From the human T2T-CHM13v2.0 reference genome, Homo sapiens: DNA of 64,000 nt. The notes beneath the pieces were generated by a model that was not told where the DNA came from, made no database searches, and was given only the letters and a program-made list of their open reading frames with translations. This document shows positions 33,090-52,907 of the stretch, piece by piece. The translations under genes and the position numbers were made by a program. The first letter of the stretch is position 1, and the number at the start of each line of letters is the position of its first letter. Location of the stretch: NCBI RefSeq assembly GCF_009914755.1, contig NC_060927.1; one strand, 5' to 3'.

Positions 33090-33340
33090 TGATTAGCATC
33101 TGAAGCATGAGGCAGTCTTGTGGGACTGAGCCCCCAAGCTATGGGATCTGACGCTATCTCTACGTAGATATTGTCAGAACTGAATTGAGGTAGGGGACAC
33201 CAAGCTGGTGTCCATTGAAGAATCTGCCAGAGAATTGCTTTGTGGGGAGAAATCCCTGCACACTTCTTGGTGACCAGAGGCGAAGTACTGTGTTGAGTAT
33301 AGTTGGATGTAGGATAAACTAAGTTTTTTTTTCTATATCT
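33090..33340 (+). mobile_element. MER21-like LTR fragment
   Basis: gcagtcttgtgggactgagccc...ggatctgacgctatctc...gtcagaactgaattg. Confidence 0.6.
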
Positions 33341-33599
33341 TTAGAATAGCCAAAAAAGTGAACCAACCCAAATGGGTGAATGGATAGACAACCTGTGGTA
33401 CATGCATATCACAGACTACTCTTCAGCTATAAAAAGTGTTGACCTAAAAGGAAGAGGCTGAGGCACAAAATATAATTTAAAGAGTTTGCTTGAGACAAAG
33501 TTAAGACAGCTGCCTGGAAGACTCAGATGCAGGTAACCTTGGATATGAGCTCCATTTGGGCTTTGTTTCAATCAGGTTTTTAAAGGCAAAGAGAATATA

Positions 33600-36130
<2,531 letters not shown>

Positions 36131-36882
36131 AGCTGCAGCCATGATATTCTTTTTAAAGGGTTTTTTTTCTTTTACACATACTGCAACCTGAGGATAAAGA
36201 GCTTTTAAAAAAATGGAAAATATCCCCCTTTTAGACATACATGTAAAGAGAATAATGAACCCACATGTATCCATCAGCTAGCTTCAACAATTGTAAACTC
36301 ATCACCAATCAATCACCTTTAAAATATGCCACATAAAACCTGGCCCTGTCCAGATTCAAATGGTATTTTGTTTCTTCCGCTTTTTTCTTCATTTGTTAGT
36401 TGGTATTACTCTAAATAGAACAATTTATCAATTCATCAACAATTTTATTGTCCTGAAATATAGTTTGTGCAGAAAAGACAAGATCAAAACCTTTATTCTT
36501 TCCCTTTCTTTTCCATTGTTTATCTGGCATTCAGAAGTGACTAATGATTAAATAGCAGACAGGTGCTTCACAAAAAAAATTAATAAAAAATTTTAAAATG
36601 ACTAGTGAGTTTTTTTTGCTTTTTAATATTATTACGAAATTATGGATTTTAACATAGTTGATTTGTTTTATTCCACTGATATTATACTTTTGAATCTTAA
36701 ACTCTCCCATTTTAGGCCCATGGCAGCCCCTCCAAGTTGGCTTCTGTCTCCTTTTAAAATAGTCAGAGTAGTCTTTGATAACGTTCTTTCTTTCTAGTAT
36801 AAGATACTCAGGTTCATTGCATACATTTTCTTCACTAGACCTGAAATCAGCCACTTCTCCAAAGACCTCTGATTGCTTTTAG

Positions 36883-37248
<366 letters not shown>

Positions 37249-37458
37249 AGTGTCAGTTTTTGTTGCTATTAAGTTGGTCATTTCAAGAAACAGAGTTAGA
37301 AAATCTCTTTTAAAAGAAAAAAAATGAGTCTATATTAAAATTTCCAAATCAAATTTAAGATTACAGATTTTTACTTGTTATTTTATATTTCTCTTTCTCC
37401 AATGCTGAAACATCTTCATTTCTATGCCATTAGCACAATTAATTATTTTCTTTACACT

Positions 37459-39650
<2,192 letters not shown>

Positions 39651-39659
39651 TGAGCGATA

Positions 39660-42600
39660 ATGCTGAAACACAACCAATAGAACCCTTAGAATCTTGGACA
39701 AAGCTATGACACACAGTAAGTGAAGTAGAAATTTCAGAACTTCCCATGAAAGATAGTGAAAGAAGATATCAAAAGGCTTAAAGGAGCAGTGGGCATGCTA
39801 CAGTAAATATATAAAGCCAGAAAACCCACCAATTGACTATATCCTGTGGAAAACCCAAAGGACATTTTGTTTTCTGAATCAATAAAAAATGTATTAGTGA
39901 GAATAGCACCAGCATCAATTTTAATAAGCTTAATGTAGGCCAGGCACGGTGGCTCATGCCTGCAATCCCAGTACTTTAGCAGCCTGAGGCAGACGGATCA
40001 TTTGAGGCCAGGATTTTGAGGCCAGCCTGGCTAACATGGTGAAACTCCATCTCTACTAAAAATACAAAAATTAGCCAAGAGTGGTGGCACTCACCTGTAA
40101 TCTCAGCTACTCAGGGCACTGAGACACAAGAATCAATTGAACCCGGGAGGCAGAGGTTGCACTGAGCCAAGATCACACTACTGCACTCCAGCCTGGGCAA
40201 CAGAGAGAGACTCTGTCTAAACAAAAAAACAAAAAACAAAACCAAACAAAACCACAACAATCTGTTTCCCTATCCTCAGGAATTCTGGAAGAAAGAAAAA
40301 GGAGAGAAAACTCAATGTGGTATCTCCTTGGTAGGCAAGGGCTACTGGTAAGAGATGCTCCTATACAACAGGGGTCAGTGAAAGCAATGCAGATAATAGG
40401 TTCCTAAATTGATACAGGCAGGAGCATGCATCTATCATAAACCAGATGGGTACAATTAATGTGAAGAATGGCAAAGGTGGGGTAGCAGTCACAGGTCTTG
40501 ACCCACAGAGAGATCTGGAGACAGATGTGGTAAATCTAGGTGCAAAGCAGATAGGCAGCCAACAAGAGTATGCTTAATATATACAACCAGAAGAAATCAA
40601 AGATAGATTGTCAGGAGGCTGAAGTTCACCATCCCAATAAAGAGTCACAAGCATTTATCTGGTTTCTGTATCTGAACCAGTTTAAACATTATGCTTATTG
40701 ATGAAAAGAGAGCCTGGGACCTCAGAAGGAAGGACTCTGCAACACAGTAACAAGTGTGCATGGTAATAATTGACCCCGTTTTTCTGTATATACTATGTGA
40801 CCATATCCTAGGGAAAGGAAAAAGGGCAGTGAGTCTGAGTTGACATTGATACCTGGGGATCCAAGGCATCATCAATGGCCCCCATGTTAGAGTAGGGTCA
40901 TATGAAAACCAGGTAATAAATGGAGAGCTCATGAGAAACCACTGGGTCCATGAACTCACCCAGTGGCTAGTTCCCAAGATCCCAATGTCCATTTGGGATG
41001 AACATACTTGCTAGTAGACACAACACCTGCTTTGGTTCCATGGCATATGAGGTAAGAGGTATCCTAGTGAGAAAGGCCAAGTGGAAGCCTCTGAAACTAT
41101 CTGCTCTCCTGGCTAAGAAAGTAAATCAAAACTAAAATTACATTCCAGGAGGAACGATTGAGATTACTGAGATGAAGTGGTGGTCCCCATTAAATTTTAT
41201 TTCACCAAACTGGCCCCAGCCAAAACTAGGTAGATCCTGTAGGATGACAGTGGACCAGATTCAATAAACTAGCAGCCCCAGTTATTTCTACTGTACCAGA
41301 TGATGTATATTGTCTAGAGCACTTTAACATTGCCTCAGTACCTATGTTATTTAGCCATTGATCTGGCAAGTGCCTTCCTTCCCAGCCCTATCAGAAAGTT
41401 CAATTTTATTTGTAACGGCCAACCGTATGCCTTTTACTATCTTGCCCTAGAGCAATGTTAATTCTTCTGCCCACTATTACAATATATTATAATATAATAT
41501 TCCACAGAACATCACACTGGTCTACTCTATTGTTGACATTGTGCTAAGCAGACTAGATGAGCAGGAAGTGGCAACTACATTGCAGGACTTGGTAAGGCAT
41601 GTGCACTCCAGAGAAGACAGATAAACTCTATGAGCATTGAGACTTTCACTACGTTAGTAAAAAAGCAAGTGGTCGGAGACATACTGGGGCATCCTTCCAA
41701 AATAAAGGACAGATTATTATATTTCATACCTCCCATCGTGAAGACCGAAACAGAACATCCAGTATGACTCTGGCTTCTAGGAGCAGTATGTTTCACTTCT
41801 GGGAATACAGCTGTAACCTGACCATATTTCAGGTGGCATAAATGGCTGTCAGTTTTGAATAAGACTCAGCAGGAAATGTTCTGCAGCAGGTCTGGGTCAT
41901 GGTATAAGTAGCTCTGCCACTTGGGCCACATGATCTGGTAGGTCTTAGAATATACTTCTAATGGTGGTGGGAAAAGATGCCATGTAAAGTTTATAGCAAA
42001 TTTTATTGCTTGAATCATAGCACAGGTTCCTAGGATTCTGGAGCAATTCTATGCCACCTACAATAAATTGTACACCTTTTGTCAAATAGCTCCCAGTGTG
42101 ACACTGGGCTATGATAGAGATGATGTGCCCAACCATGGAACTCCAAGTGATCAATCAACCAGAAATGCCCATCATAATTTAGTTTTTGTCATATCCACAG
42201 GGTGAGTGAGCCCAGCATCAATCCATCATAAGATGGAAGTGGGATGTTCCTGACTGAGCATGAACAGAGCTGGGGGAAACAAGAAAGCTGCGTTAGCGGG
42301 TAGCCCAGAGCTCCATGTCATCTACCACCATTCCATCAGTGCCTCTCCCTTAGTTTACACCTGAGTGTGCATGGGGATTCTCTTATGATCAGATATTGGG
42401 AGAGGAACATATTGATGTTTGTTCCTAGATAGGTTGACTCAATGTGTGGGTACAAGGCAAAATTGGCCTGACAGTGTAGTATGGTCTCACTCAAGCCTGG
42501 TCTTAAAAGATGGGAGTGAGGAGAAGTCCTCCTAAAGAAGAGAGCTTAGGGCAGTGGACCTTATCATCAGTTTGTGGGGAACTGAAGTTAAAATATATTC

Positions 42601-42800
42601 AGATTCATAGACAGTGGTAAATGGTTTGGTCCATCGGTCAGGGACCTCGAAGGTAAAAGACTGGAAGATTAGGACAATGAGCTCTGTAGTAGAGGCCTGT
42701 GAATGAGCCTATGGGAATGTGAACAAAGTGTAAAGATCTTTGTAAGACATGTCAATACCTGCCAGGGAGTATCCATCATGGACGAGGCACCAGGCCATCC
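39660..42800 (+). mobile_element. Decayed ERVL internal gag-pol
   Basis: Plus-strand relics of KWKPL (41080), RMTVD (41240), IDLA (41357), YIDD-like tactctattgttgac (41522) and RNase H YxDS..V.NGL (42595). Confidence 0.7.
39938..40260 (+). mobile_element. Alu (AluS-like)
   Basis: Full dimer with a CA-rich tail. Confidence 0.9.
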
Positions 42801-43680
42801 ACGAAACTGAAAACTTGGCTTAATAGGCAGGAATGAGCCATGTTCATCTCCGCTGTGCCTTTTAACTTGTTTTCCATTATCATCTGCCTCTGGATTCCTC
42901 AGATCCAGTATTTTTTCCTACGGCTTTGAACGGAAGCTTGGGATTGAGTTTGGGACAAAAATGTGTCTCAGGAGGGTTGCATAGACCCCTTATCATAAGC
43001 CAAATGCTAAGGTGCGACTGTGGAACTGAGTCCTCCTCCAACAAGGGAGAGAAAAGGATGTCTTGTGACATGCCCAGATAACTGGAGACTGTAGTTATGT
43101 TTTCTAGGATTTGGGTGCATGGAGCTTGGCTTTGGTTAGCTCCCTTGGTCTTACTTTCCCAAAAAGGAAACCTCTGAGTGATGGGCATCCTATTTATTCC
43201 CATCACCTGGCAGGATTTGCAGGATAATTGCTCAAAACTACAATATTGATCTAGATTTTTACATTACCCATCCCCTTCTTCTTTCTGAACTGCAGCCGGA
43301 GATTGCTGGTTGGTTCACAGGAAAAAGCAGGATTAGTCTACAATGCAGGCGAAAACTTAAAAACATTTAGTAACTTTAGAATTTAAAGACAAATGTATGA
43401 TAAGTTTTGGAACATAATTTCTCTTTCTCCAGTCCTCATGTTTGTTAAGAAACAAATGATCATAGGACTGAGTGGTTTGCAAAATAGACTTTAGTTCTAT
43501 ATGTAGCCTGATTATTTGCATAAAGTGCAGCAAGAATAACTATTTCTACATAGGCCTTTTGGATTGGCTTTGATAGAAGTCTGTTCCACAAGGAATCTCA
43601 GATAAAACCTTTTAAAGCCGAGCCCAGCCATGGGTTTCTATCCTCAAATACCTGCAAGTTGGCTGATCCTCTCCTCTTAA

Positions 43681-44032
<352 letters not shown>

Positions 44033-45062
44033 AGAAAGTGACATTCTTTACTGACCACAGGTCAGGAACCCTGTACAGGGACTGTGTAGATGAGGGTATG
44101 AAGCCGGTTTCCCCACTGGGCTTCTATTGGCTCTACAAATCAAGCTTAACTCCTTAAAGGGAAGCATACCTTTCCAGTCAAATCTTTGGTAAAATAACCA
44201 TTTTTTCCAATTGTGTCCTATTGCAAAAGAAAAATGGATTCTTATTGGACTGATGCAAACAACTATATTGCCATAAGTTAAGAATACTCACAGACACTTT
44301 CCAAATTCTAGGGGAACCGGGCAGAGAGAAACAAAGATGCTCCAAATTTTGATTACAGGAGTATACCTTGCTTAATTATTAAAGGCTGTAAATAGTTCAA
44401 AATACGTTTCCTTGGCTCTGAGAAACAAAACAAGGATCAGCAATATTCCAATCAAATGTCAAAAAGATTGCTTCAGCTTTCTGAGTTCAGTCCATTTAGT
44501 CAATTCTTGTTTTGCTTGATATTTGTGAACATTTCAGCTCTTCCTAAGTCCTGTACTTTTTCTTTATCCCTATGTCACAATCTCCAAAGTTATCAGAAAT
44601 CTGTATTTGAGAGCACCTGTCAGAGTCCTATAGCTTATTATAAACCATCTTTTGAAAAGGATTAAAACAAGACAATTGTCTGTGAATAACAAAGTGTCCT
44701 GGGTAGTTACAGTTAGAAACACAATTGACAAAGAAGTTTGGTTTTCTCCGTGGTTTACAATAACTTAACAACCTTAATTATGATTGATAGCATATACTCA
44801 GACACAAGAATTTTAGAAATCCCATATAATGTTGGAACATATATTAGCATTCACCAAAATGCAACCTGAAGAAGACTGAACATCATTTTGGCAATCCCAT
44901 GTACCTAAACATGTCAAATAATACTGTTTACCTCTTTTCTGGATGTTTCAGGGGCTCTCTGAACCATCCAAAAAGCCAGGCATCAGGAAAGACAATTTTG
45001 AAACAGAAGTTTGATTTTGGGAAGGCTGTTAAATATGTTCAAAGTTTAAAACACTTGATATT

Positions 45063-45400
<338 letters not shown>

Positions 45401-47038
45401 TTATTTTGCCAAAATGATGACTCCAAAATTTTAAAGAAGCAAAAACCTTCTATAATCCTTTACAAACTTTGCCGAAGAGCAGATTAGTGCCTTAAGAATA
45501 CCTCGTTGTGCTTTTATTTCAATGCTCCACTTACAGAAATACCATATAATACCTTTTGAACTTAGTCAATACGTTCACACAGAGAACTCCTTTGCAAGAT
45601 TAATTTCCACAATCCTTCCACCACTTGTTTGAACCTTCAGCTTTATCTTAACTAATTTAAAACAATTCTTTAACCCTAGGCAAAAATTTCCATTTCCATG
45701 CCTTCTTACAACCTTTTGCTGAAAAACACATTTTATTGTTCTTACACACCTTGCATGTAAATCTATTTCCAGTAGTCTCAATTACATGTTACAATGGTAA
45801 CTCCTAGCAATTTTTAATTTTAATGTAAAACCTGGTACATTGTTTTAATTTTGTGCTAGGTGCAGACAAGGTTTGCCTTCTTAATTAACGGTGTGGTTAG
45901 TTCCATATGTCCCCAGGCCTTATCAGTTGTGAAGCCAGTAAATCAAATAGTTGTCAAAACCCAAAAAGCAGTTTATCACCTTAAAACATTTAGTAAACCT
46001 TGCATCCAACCTGCATAATCTAGTTCACCTATTTACATTTTAATGACATCTGCATTTTACCAGTAATCTTTAAGGCTGTTTTTATTTCTCAAAGATTAGT
46101 CACATGAACTGAAAGGTACTACATATTTTATCTTCTCTTTAAAAAAATATTGGATCCAAGCGTTTGTTTTTCTTTAGGCCAAATTAATTATAGCTCTTTT
46201 TACAGACATCACACACAAACACACACACACGCACATACACACACACACACAACGACAGGCAGGAGAAAACCCAGTCGCTGGGTGGAGCCCTTTAAGAAAC
46301 AGGGCCAGAAAGGAACTTTTTCCTTAAGGCAGGATTGCTAAACAAAGCCTTGCCCCCAGAGTTACAAGCCATGCCCTCAGGATGTAAAACAAGATGGAGG
46401 CTTGCAGGGAAGTTTGCTATGAGCCATATAGACATGCAAAACACACCAGATCGGCTATAGCTTAAGACCAGCCCCGCAAATCCTTTTTCGCAATTAAAGC
46501 TTTACAGAGAATATAAACAGTGATAGTTCCAGGGGCTGGCCTAGTAAAATGTCTTCTAAAAGGGGGGAAAAAAAACTTGCTTAAAAGTTAACTGCTGGTG
46601 GGGTGGAGAAAAGGAAAGAAAAAATGTTTAAAAATGCCTGCAGAAGAACCTCTTATTCTTATGCAAGTCCACCAGGGAGACAAGTTTAATTGTTGTGGGT
46701 CAGAGCGGGCTTCCCTGGTCCAGGGATGGAGAGACTCCATGGGCACGTGGCAGAATATGCCAGCTAGCTGCCTGGGGCACCTTGGGCCCTGTGTCCCAGC
46801 CCCGGCAGGGAGGGAAGGGTGGAAGGGAGCCACTGCTTGCTGGTCTGTCCTGAAAAAGGGAGGAAAAGGTCATGGAAACCAAGGCCGATCTTACCAACCC
46901 CTGGGAGCAACAGAGGTGGAGGCATGGTTTCCCATGAGCTCAGAAGTCTGTGGATGAAGAGGCGTAGAAATGACAGCGAGAGGATTGAGTCTCCATTTCA
47001 CTCACCACTTCTCCAGCCCCCATGTTGCATGCCAAAAA

Positions 47039-47360
47039 TGTTGCAGGACTTTTCCTTAGTTCAGCTAAAAATGGGGTCCTTGTCACACAGCCACAAAGAT
47101 TTAGACTTGCAGATGATTTGACGGGTGAGTAAGGCAGGGTTTTATTGGGTGAAAAGGGACAAAGGGAAACAGGAACCCTCCACAAAGCCAGAGTCCCTGC
47201 TGGTGTGCTTCCCACCTCACAGTTTGAATCTCAGTTTCCACACAGGAAGAGGAAGAGCTAGGCTCCTCCTTGCTGTGGGCTCCACCTCAGTGTGCAGTCC
47301 TCCCAGTGTGCAGGTTGGTTGGAGGTTTTACCAGGGAGCCCTTCCCACCTGGCTGTCTCA
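47039..47360 (-). mobile_element. MER61A-type LTR (5' LTR of the minus-strand provirus)
   Basis: Minus strand reads TGAGACAGCCAGGTGGGAAGGG...CCCAATAAAACCCTGCC...GAACTAAGGAAAAGTCCTGCAACA, followed by a PBS-like TGGCATGCAACATGGGGGC. Confidence 0.8.
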
Positions 47361-47374
47361 GCCCTGTCTAACAA

Positions 47375-48370
47375 TGTTATAATTTTGTATTTCAGCAGTC
47401 ATACATATTTTAAAGAACTTAAGATGAAAGTAATTTATTATATTTGACAAGATATTTCCCATTTTGGATGCTCTCCTTCATTTTAACGTTCCAGATTCCC
47501 CTTTGTCATCATTTCCCTTCTGCCTGAGTAACTTATTTTAGCATTTCTTTTAAAGAAGGTCTACTGGAGATGAATTCTTGTGATTTTTCCTTCACTGAGA
47601 ATGTCTTTATTTTTCCTTCTGGATGAGTATTTTCAATAGATATAAAATTCTGGGTTGACAGTTGTTTTTACTTGGCACTTCAAAAATGTTGTTCCACTGT
47701 TTTATGGTACTCCAATGACATAAATATTACATCTTTGCATATTGTACCATAAGTCTCCAAGGCTATGTTTCTTTTGCTTCTATTTGTCTTTCTCTGTGTT
47801 CAGATTTAAGAATTTCTGTTGCTTTATTGTCAAGTTCACTCTTTCCTTTGTCATCTCCATTATGCTATTGAGCCACTCTAGTGACTTTTTTATTTAATTA
47901 CTGAATTTTTCAGTTCTAAAATTGTATTTTAAAAAATGCTTCTATTTCTTTGCCAAGAACCCTATATTTCCATTTGTTTCAATATTATTCAGTCTTTCTT
48001 CTTGAAATATATCTGTAATAACTGCTGTTGAGTCTGTGTGATAATTTTAACATGTGGGTCATCTTGGGGTTGACATCTTTTGATTGCCCTCTCCATTGAT
48101 AGCTGTTCATGTTTTTCTTATTCTTAGTAGGTTGAGTAATTTTGTGTTGTATTCTGAACATTTTGAATACTATGTTGTAAGATACTGGGTCATCTTATAA
48201 CCTTTTCATTTGTTGGTTTGTTTGTTTTAGCAGGCAGTCAATCCAATGAGATACAGCCCATTTTTTTTGTTGGCTGTAGTTCCAATGTTAATTTTTTTTC
48301 AAAGCTTTTGGCATGCATTTCTAATCTATCCTGCATGTGTGCCACCCTTGGATCAGTTTAGGATCTGGGC
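47375..48370 (-). mobile_element. Old L1 fragment
   Basis: gagaatgtctttatttttcc...tataaaattctgggttgacag L1M ORF1-region motifs. Confidence 0.65.
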
Positions 48371-50825
48371 AGTGATATTATCAAAGAAAAACTAAGCTGG
48401 ACACTAGTTAAAGTGATAAAGACAGATCTTAATCAGTAATAACTATTGCAAAAAAGAACAGACTCCAACAAGAGTTGAACTCAACTTCTATTTGTAAACA
48501 GCTAACTGGGCATTTTAAAGGGAGAATGAGGGAGGGGGCTAAGCAGGGACTCAGTAGAGTCAGAGAAAGCAAAAATTACAGAAAACAGTAAGGTACAGGG
48601 GTGGGGTTTAGTCCATGTGAAGCCCATCTAGGTTTGCTAACTGGTAGTTCCTTCTGGGAGCAGAATCTAATAGAAAAACATCATCCTAGATGGGAAAGCA
48701 CTTGTTTAGAAAATTACAAAAACTGAATTGTAAAGGGAAATAGATGTATTTGACCATGTCAAAATTTAAGACATCTGTGGAATAATACCAGACAGAGCAA
48801 CTTAAAGGAAATAATTTTTAAACACATAGTAAAAGAAACAATAAGGCAATTAAAATGGTACACTAGCAGATATCTACTTAACACAAAGGAAGGCAGTGAT
48901 GGAAGAACAGGAAACACACACACACAACCTATAGAAACAGACAGCAAACTGGAAGAAGTTCTTTCTCATTGGTAATTATATTAAATTAAAAGTAAAAGCA
49001 GAGATTGGCAAAATGGATAAAATACATGATCCAACTATAATTAAGTATAAGAGACTGGTTTTAGATTCAAAGACACAAATAGGTTGAAAATAAAGGAATG
49101 GAAGAAGATATGCTTTGCAAACAGCAACCAAAACAAAGATGAAGTAACTATACTAATATCAAACAAAATAGATTTTGAGACAAAAATTATTACTAGTGAC
49201 AAATAAGGACATTATATAGTGATAAAAGGGTAAGTTCATCAAGAAGATAAATACATATGCATCTAACTGTGGAGCACCAAAATATATGAAGCAAAAACTG
49301 ACAGAATTAAAAAGAGAAAGAAATAATTCAACAGTCATAGTTGGAGGCTTTAATATTGCATTTTAGCAAAAGATAGAACAGCTAGACAGAAGATCAGCAA
49401 GGAAATAGAAGACTTGAAAAACACAATAAAAACCGACTACACCTAATAGACCTCTATAGAATACGTCATCCAACAAGAGCAGAATATGCATTCTTCTCAA
49501 GTGCACATGGAACATTCCCCAAGATAGAACATATGTTAGAACAAATCTCAATACATTCTTTAAAAATTGAAGTAATATAAGATATGTTATCTGACAATAA
49601 TAAGATGAAATTAGAAATAAATAATGGAAGAAAATTTGGAAATTAAACAAAACATTGCTAAATGACTAATGGATAAAAGAAATTTAGAAAACATTTTGAG
49701 ATGAATGAAGACAAAAACTCAACATACCAAAATTTATGGAATGCAGCAAAAGAATTGCCCAGAGGGAAATTTGTAGCCATAAACACCTACATTTTTAGAA
49801 AAGAAAATGTACAAATCAATAACCTAACCTTCTACCTTAGGAAACTGGAAAAAGGACACACTAAACCCAACACAAACAAAAGAAAGAAAATAATAAAGGT
49901 TAAGGCATAAATAAATAAAGGATAATTTTAAGATCAAAAAAGAAGGTCAATGAAATGAAAAGTTGGTTCTTTGAAAAGAAAACAAAATTGACAAAACTTT
50001 AGCTAAGCTGAGCAAGGAAAAAGAGGGAAAGACACAAATTACTGAAATCAGGAAAGAAAGGGGGAGCATTACTACCAACCTTACAGAAATAAAAAGAATT
50101 ACAAAAGAATATTATGGTGAATGAAATGGACAATTCTATGCCAACAATAGATATCATAGATGAAAAGGACAAATTCCTAGAAAGACACAAACTACTAAAA
50201 CTGACTCAAGAGCAATAGAAAAATATTAATAAATCTATATCAAAGAAGTACAGAGATTAAATTAGCAATAAAGCCACTTCCCACAAGGAAAAACCCAAAA
50301 CCAGATTGCTTCATTGGTAACTTCTACCAAAGTTTAAATAACAATTAACACCAATTCTTCACATACTCTTCCAAAAAACACAAGAGGAGGGAACACTCCC
50401 ACTCATTCTATGAGGTTAGAATTACCCTGATACCAAACTTAAACAAGGACGTCACAAGAAAAGGAAATTACAGACCAATATTTCTTATGAATAAAGGTGA
50501 AGAAATTCTCAACAAAATACTAATAAACCAAAAACAGCAGCTTATAAATAGAATTATTATGCCATACCCAGGTGAGATTCATCCAAGGGATGCAAGATTG
50601 GTTCAACAAACAAAAAACAATTATTGTGCCACCGTATTAATAAAATAAAGGAAAAAATCCCATTAATCATCTCAATTGATATATTAGAAAAAAAACTTTA
50701 GACAAAATCTAACACCCTTTTATTGTCAAAAAGCAAAAACAAAAAAAAGAACTGGACAGACTAGGAATAGAAAGGAACTTCCTCAACCTGATAAGGGGCA
50801 CCAGTGAAAAATTCACAGCTAACAT

Positions 50826-51642
50826 TGACAGGTGAAGCTGGCTGGGCTTCTGGGTCAGGTAGGGACTTGGAGAACTTTTCTGTCTCGCTAAAGGATTGTA
50901 AACACACCAATTAGCACTCTGTGTCTGGCTAAAGATTTGTAAATGCACCAATCAGCACTCTGTAAAAACGCACCAATCAGCGCTCTGTGTCTAGCTAAAG
51001 CTTTGTAAACGCACCAATCAGCACTGTGTACAAACGCACCAATCAGCGCTCTGTGCCTAGCTAAAGGTTTGTAAACACATCAATCAGCACTCTGTAAAAA
51101 CGGACCAATCAGCACTCTGTAAAATGGACCAATCAGTGCTCTGTAAAATTGACCAATCAGCAGGACATTGGTGGGGCCAAATAAGGGAATAAAAGCTGGC
51201 CATGTGAGCCAGCAGCGGCAACCCGCTTGGGTCCCCTTTCACACTGTGGAAGCTTTTTTCTTTTGCTTTTCATAATAACTCTTGCTGCTGCTCACTCTTT
51301 GGGTCCACACTACCTTTATGAGCTGTAACACTCACTGCAAAGGTCTGCAGCTTCACTCCTAAAGTCAGTCAGACCATGAACCCACCAGGAGGAACAAACA
51401 ACTCCAGCCACCTTTAAGAGCTGTAACACTCACTGTGAAGGTCTGTGGCTTCACTCCTGAAGTTAAGCAAGACCATGAACCCACTGGAAGGAAGAAACTC
51501 CGGACACATCTGAACATCTGAAGCAACAAACTCTGGAAACACCATCTTTAAGAACTGTAACACTCATCGCAAGGGTCTGCAGCTTCATTCTTGAAGTCAG
51601 CTAAGACCAAGAACCCACCGGGAGGAACCAATTCTGGACACA
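50826..51642 (+). promoter_or_regulatory. LTR12 5' LTR with a tandem CCAAT enhancer array
   Basis: Multiple accaatcagc units, gaataaaag TATA-like box, and U5 repeats gagctgtaacactcac. Confidence 0.92.
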
Positions 51643-51645
51643 TTT

Positions 51646-51663
51646 TGGCACCCAACGTGGGGC
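51646..51663 (+). other. Primer-binding site, tRNA-Lys(CUU) type
   Basis: TGGCACCCAACGTGGGGC is 17/18 to TGGCGCCCAACGTGGGGC. Confidence 0.85.
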
Positions 51664-52907
51664 TATCATCTATCACCAAATGGTGAGTACCATCAGACCC
51701 GTTTCGCTTGTTATTCTGTCCTATTTTTCCTTAGAATTTGGGGGCTAAATACCGGGCACCTGTCGGCCAGCTAAAAGTGACTAGCATGGCTGCCAAACTA
51801 AAGACACGGGTGTCAGGCTTTCTGGGAAAGGGCTCTCTAACAACCCCCGACTCTTCGCAATTTGGAGCGTTGTTTGCCTGGAACCAGCTTCCACTTTTCC
51901 TGTACTTCTGGGCTGAGCTGAGGGTCAACAGACAGGAAAGCCATTCAGCTCCGGGGTTCCGACAATGAGTTGGCTGACTCTGCGGCCATAAGCAGAACTC
52001 TTAAACTCATGTTGCCCAAGTGAGACTTGCCCATCTATCCTATCTATGATGACCCTTGCCTCCTGGGTCCTAATGCTTGTCAGATAAACTTCCTCTCGCC
52101 TCTCTTCTCTGAAGCTAGTCCCACTTCTAAAAACCACTCCCTGTCTCTGGTGCTTTTCTAGTTTCTCCTATAAGAATGATTTCTAGTATAAACTCCAGGA
52201 CTCTGTTACCTTCTTTAGGCACCCAGGCTCACCAATCAGAAAGACATAATTTTTGCCCAAAGCTCCACTGGGGCAGGGGACTATCTTATCTGGAATTTTA
52301 GGATCCCTCCTCAGACTAGCAGGCCTAACAAAAGCTATTCCAGAAGCTAGGATATGGGGAGCTTCAGAAATTATAGCCTTCCTATTCATATAAGTGAGGA
52401 CAAAAATGCATCACTCTTCCAACTCTGGAGATCCCTCACCTCCCTCAGGGTATGGCCCTCCACTTCATTTTGGGGGCATAACATCTTTATAGGACGTGGG
52501 TAAAGTCCCAATACTAACAGGAGAACACTTAGGACTCTAACAGGTTTTCGAGAATGTGTCAGTAAGAGCCACTAAATCCATTTTTTCTCAGTCCTCTTTG
52601 TGGTCTAGGAAGACAGGCAAGGGTGCAGGTTTTTGAGAATGTGTCAGTAAGTGCCACTAAATCCTATATTCCTCGGTCCTCCTTGCGTTTTGGGAGGAAA
52701 ACTAGTGTTTCTGCTGCTGCATCAGTGAGCGCAACTCTTCCAATCAGCAGGGTCCAGGAACCGTTGCAGGTTCTTGGGCAAGAGGTATTTCTGCTGCTGC
52801 ATCAGTGAGTGCAACTATTCTGATCAGCAGGGTCCAGGGACTGTTGCAGGTTCTTGGGCAGGGGGAGAAACAAACAAACCAAAACCACGGGTGGTTTTGC
52901 CTTTCAG

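Noticed and set aside
50880-51620. Regularly spaced repeats resembling a CRISPR array
   Set aside because: These are the known LTR12 U3 CCAAT and U5 tandem repeats with no unique spacers; the context is eukaryotic.
52540-52860. Two pairs of direct repeats in the proviral leader
   Set aside because: Typical of the HERV9 leader as recalled; not locus-specific.
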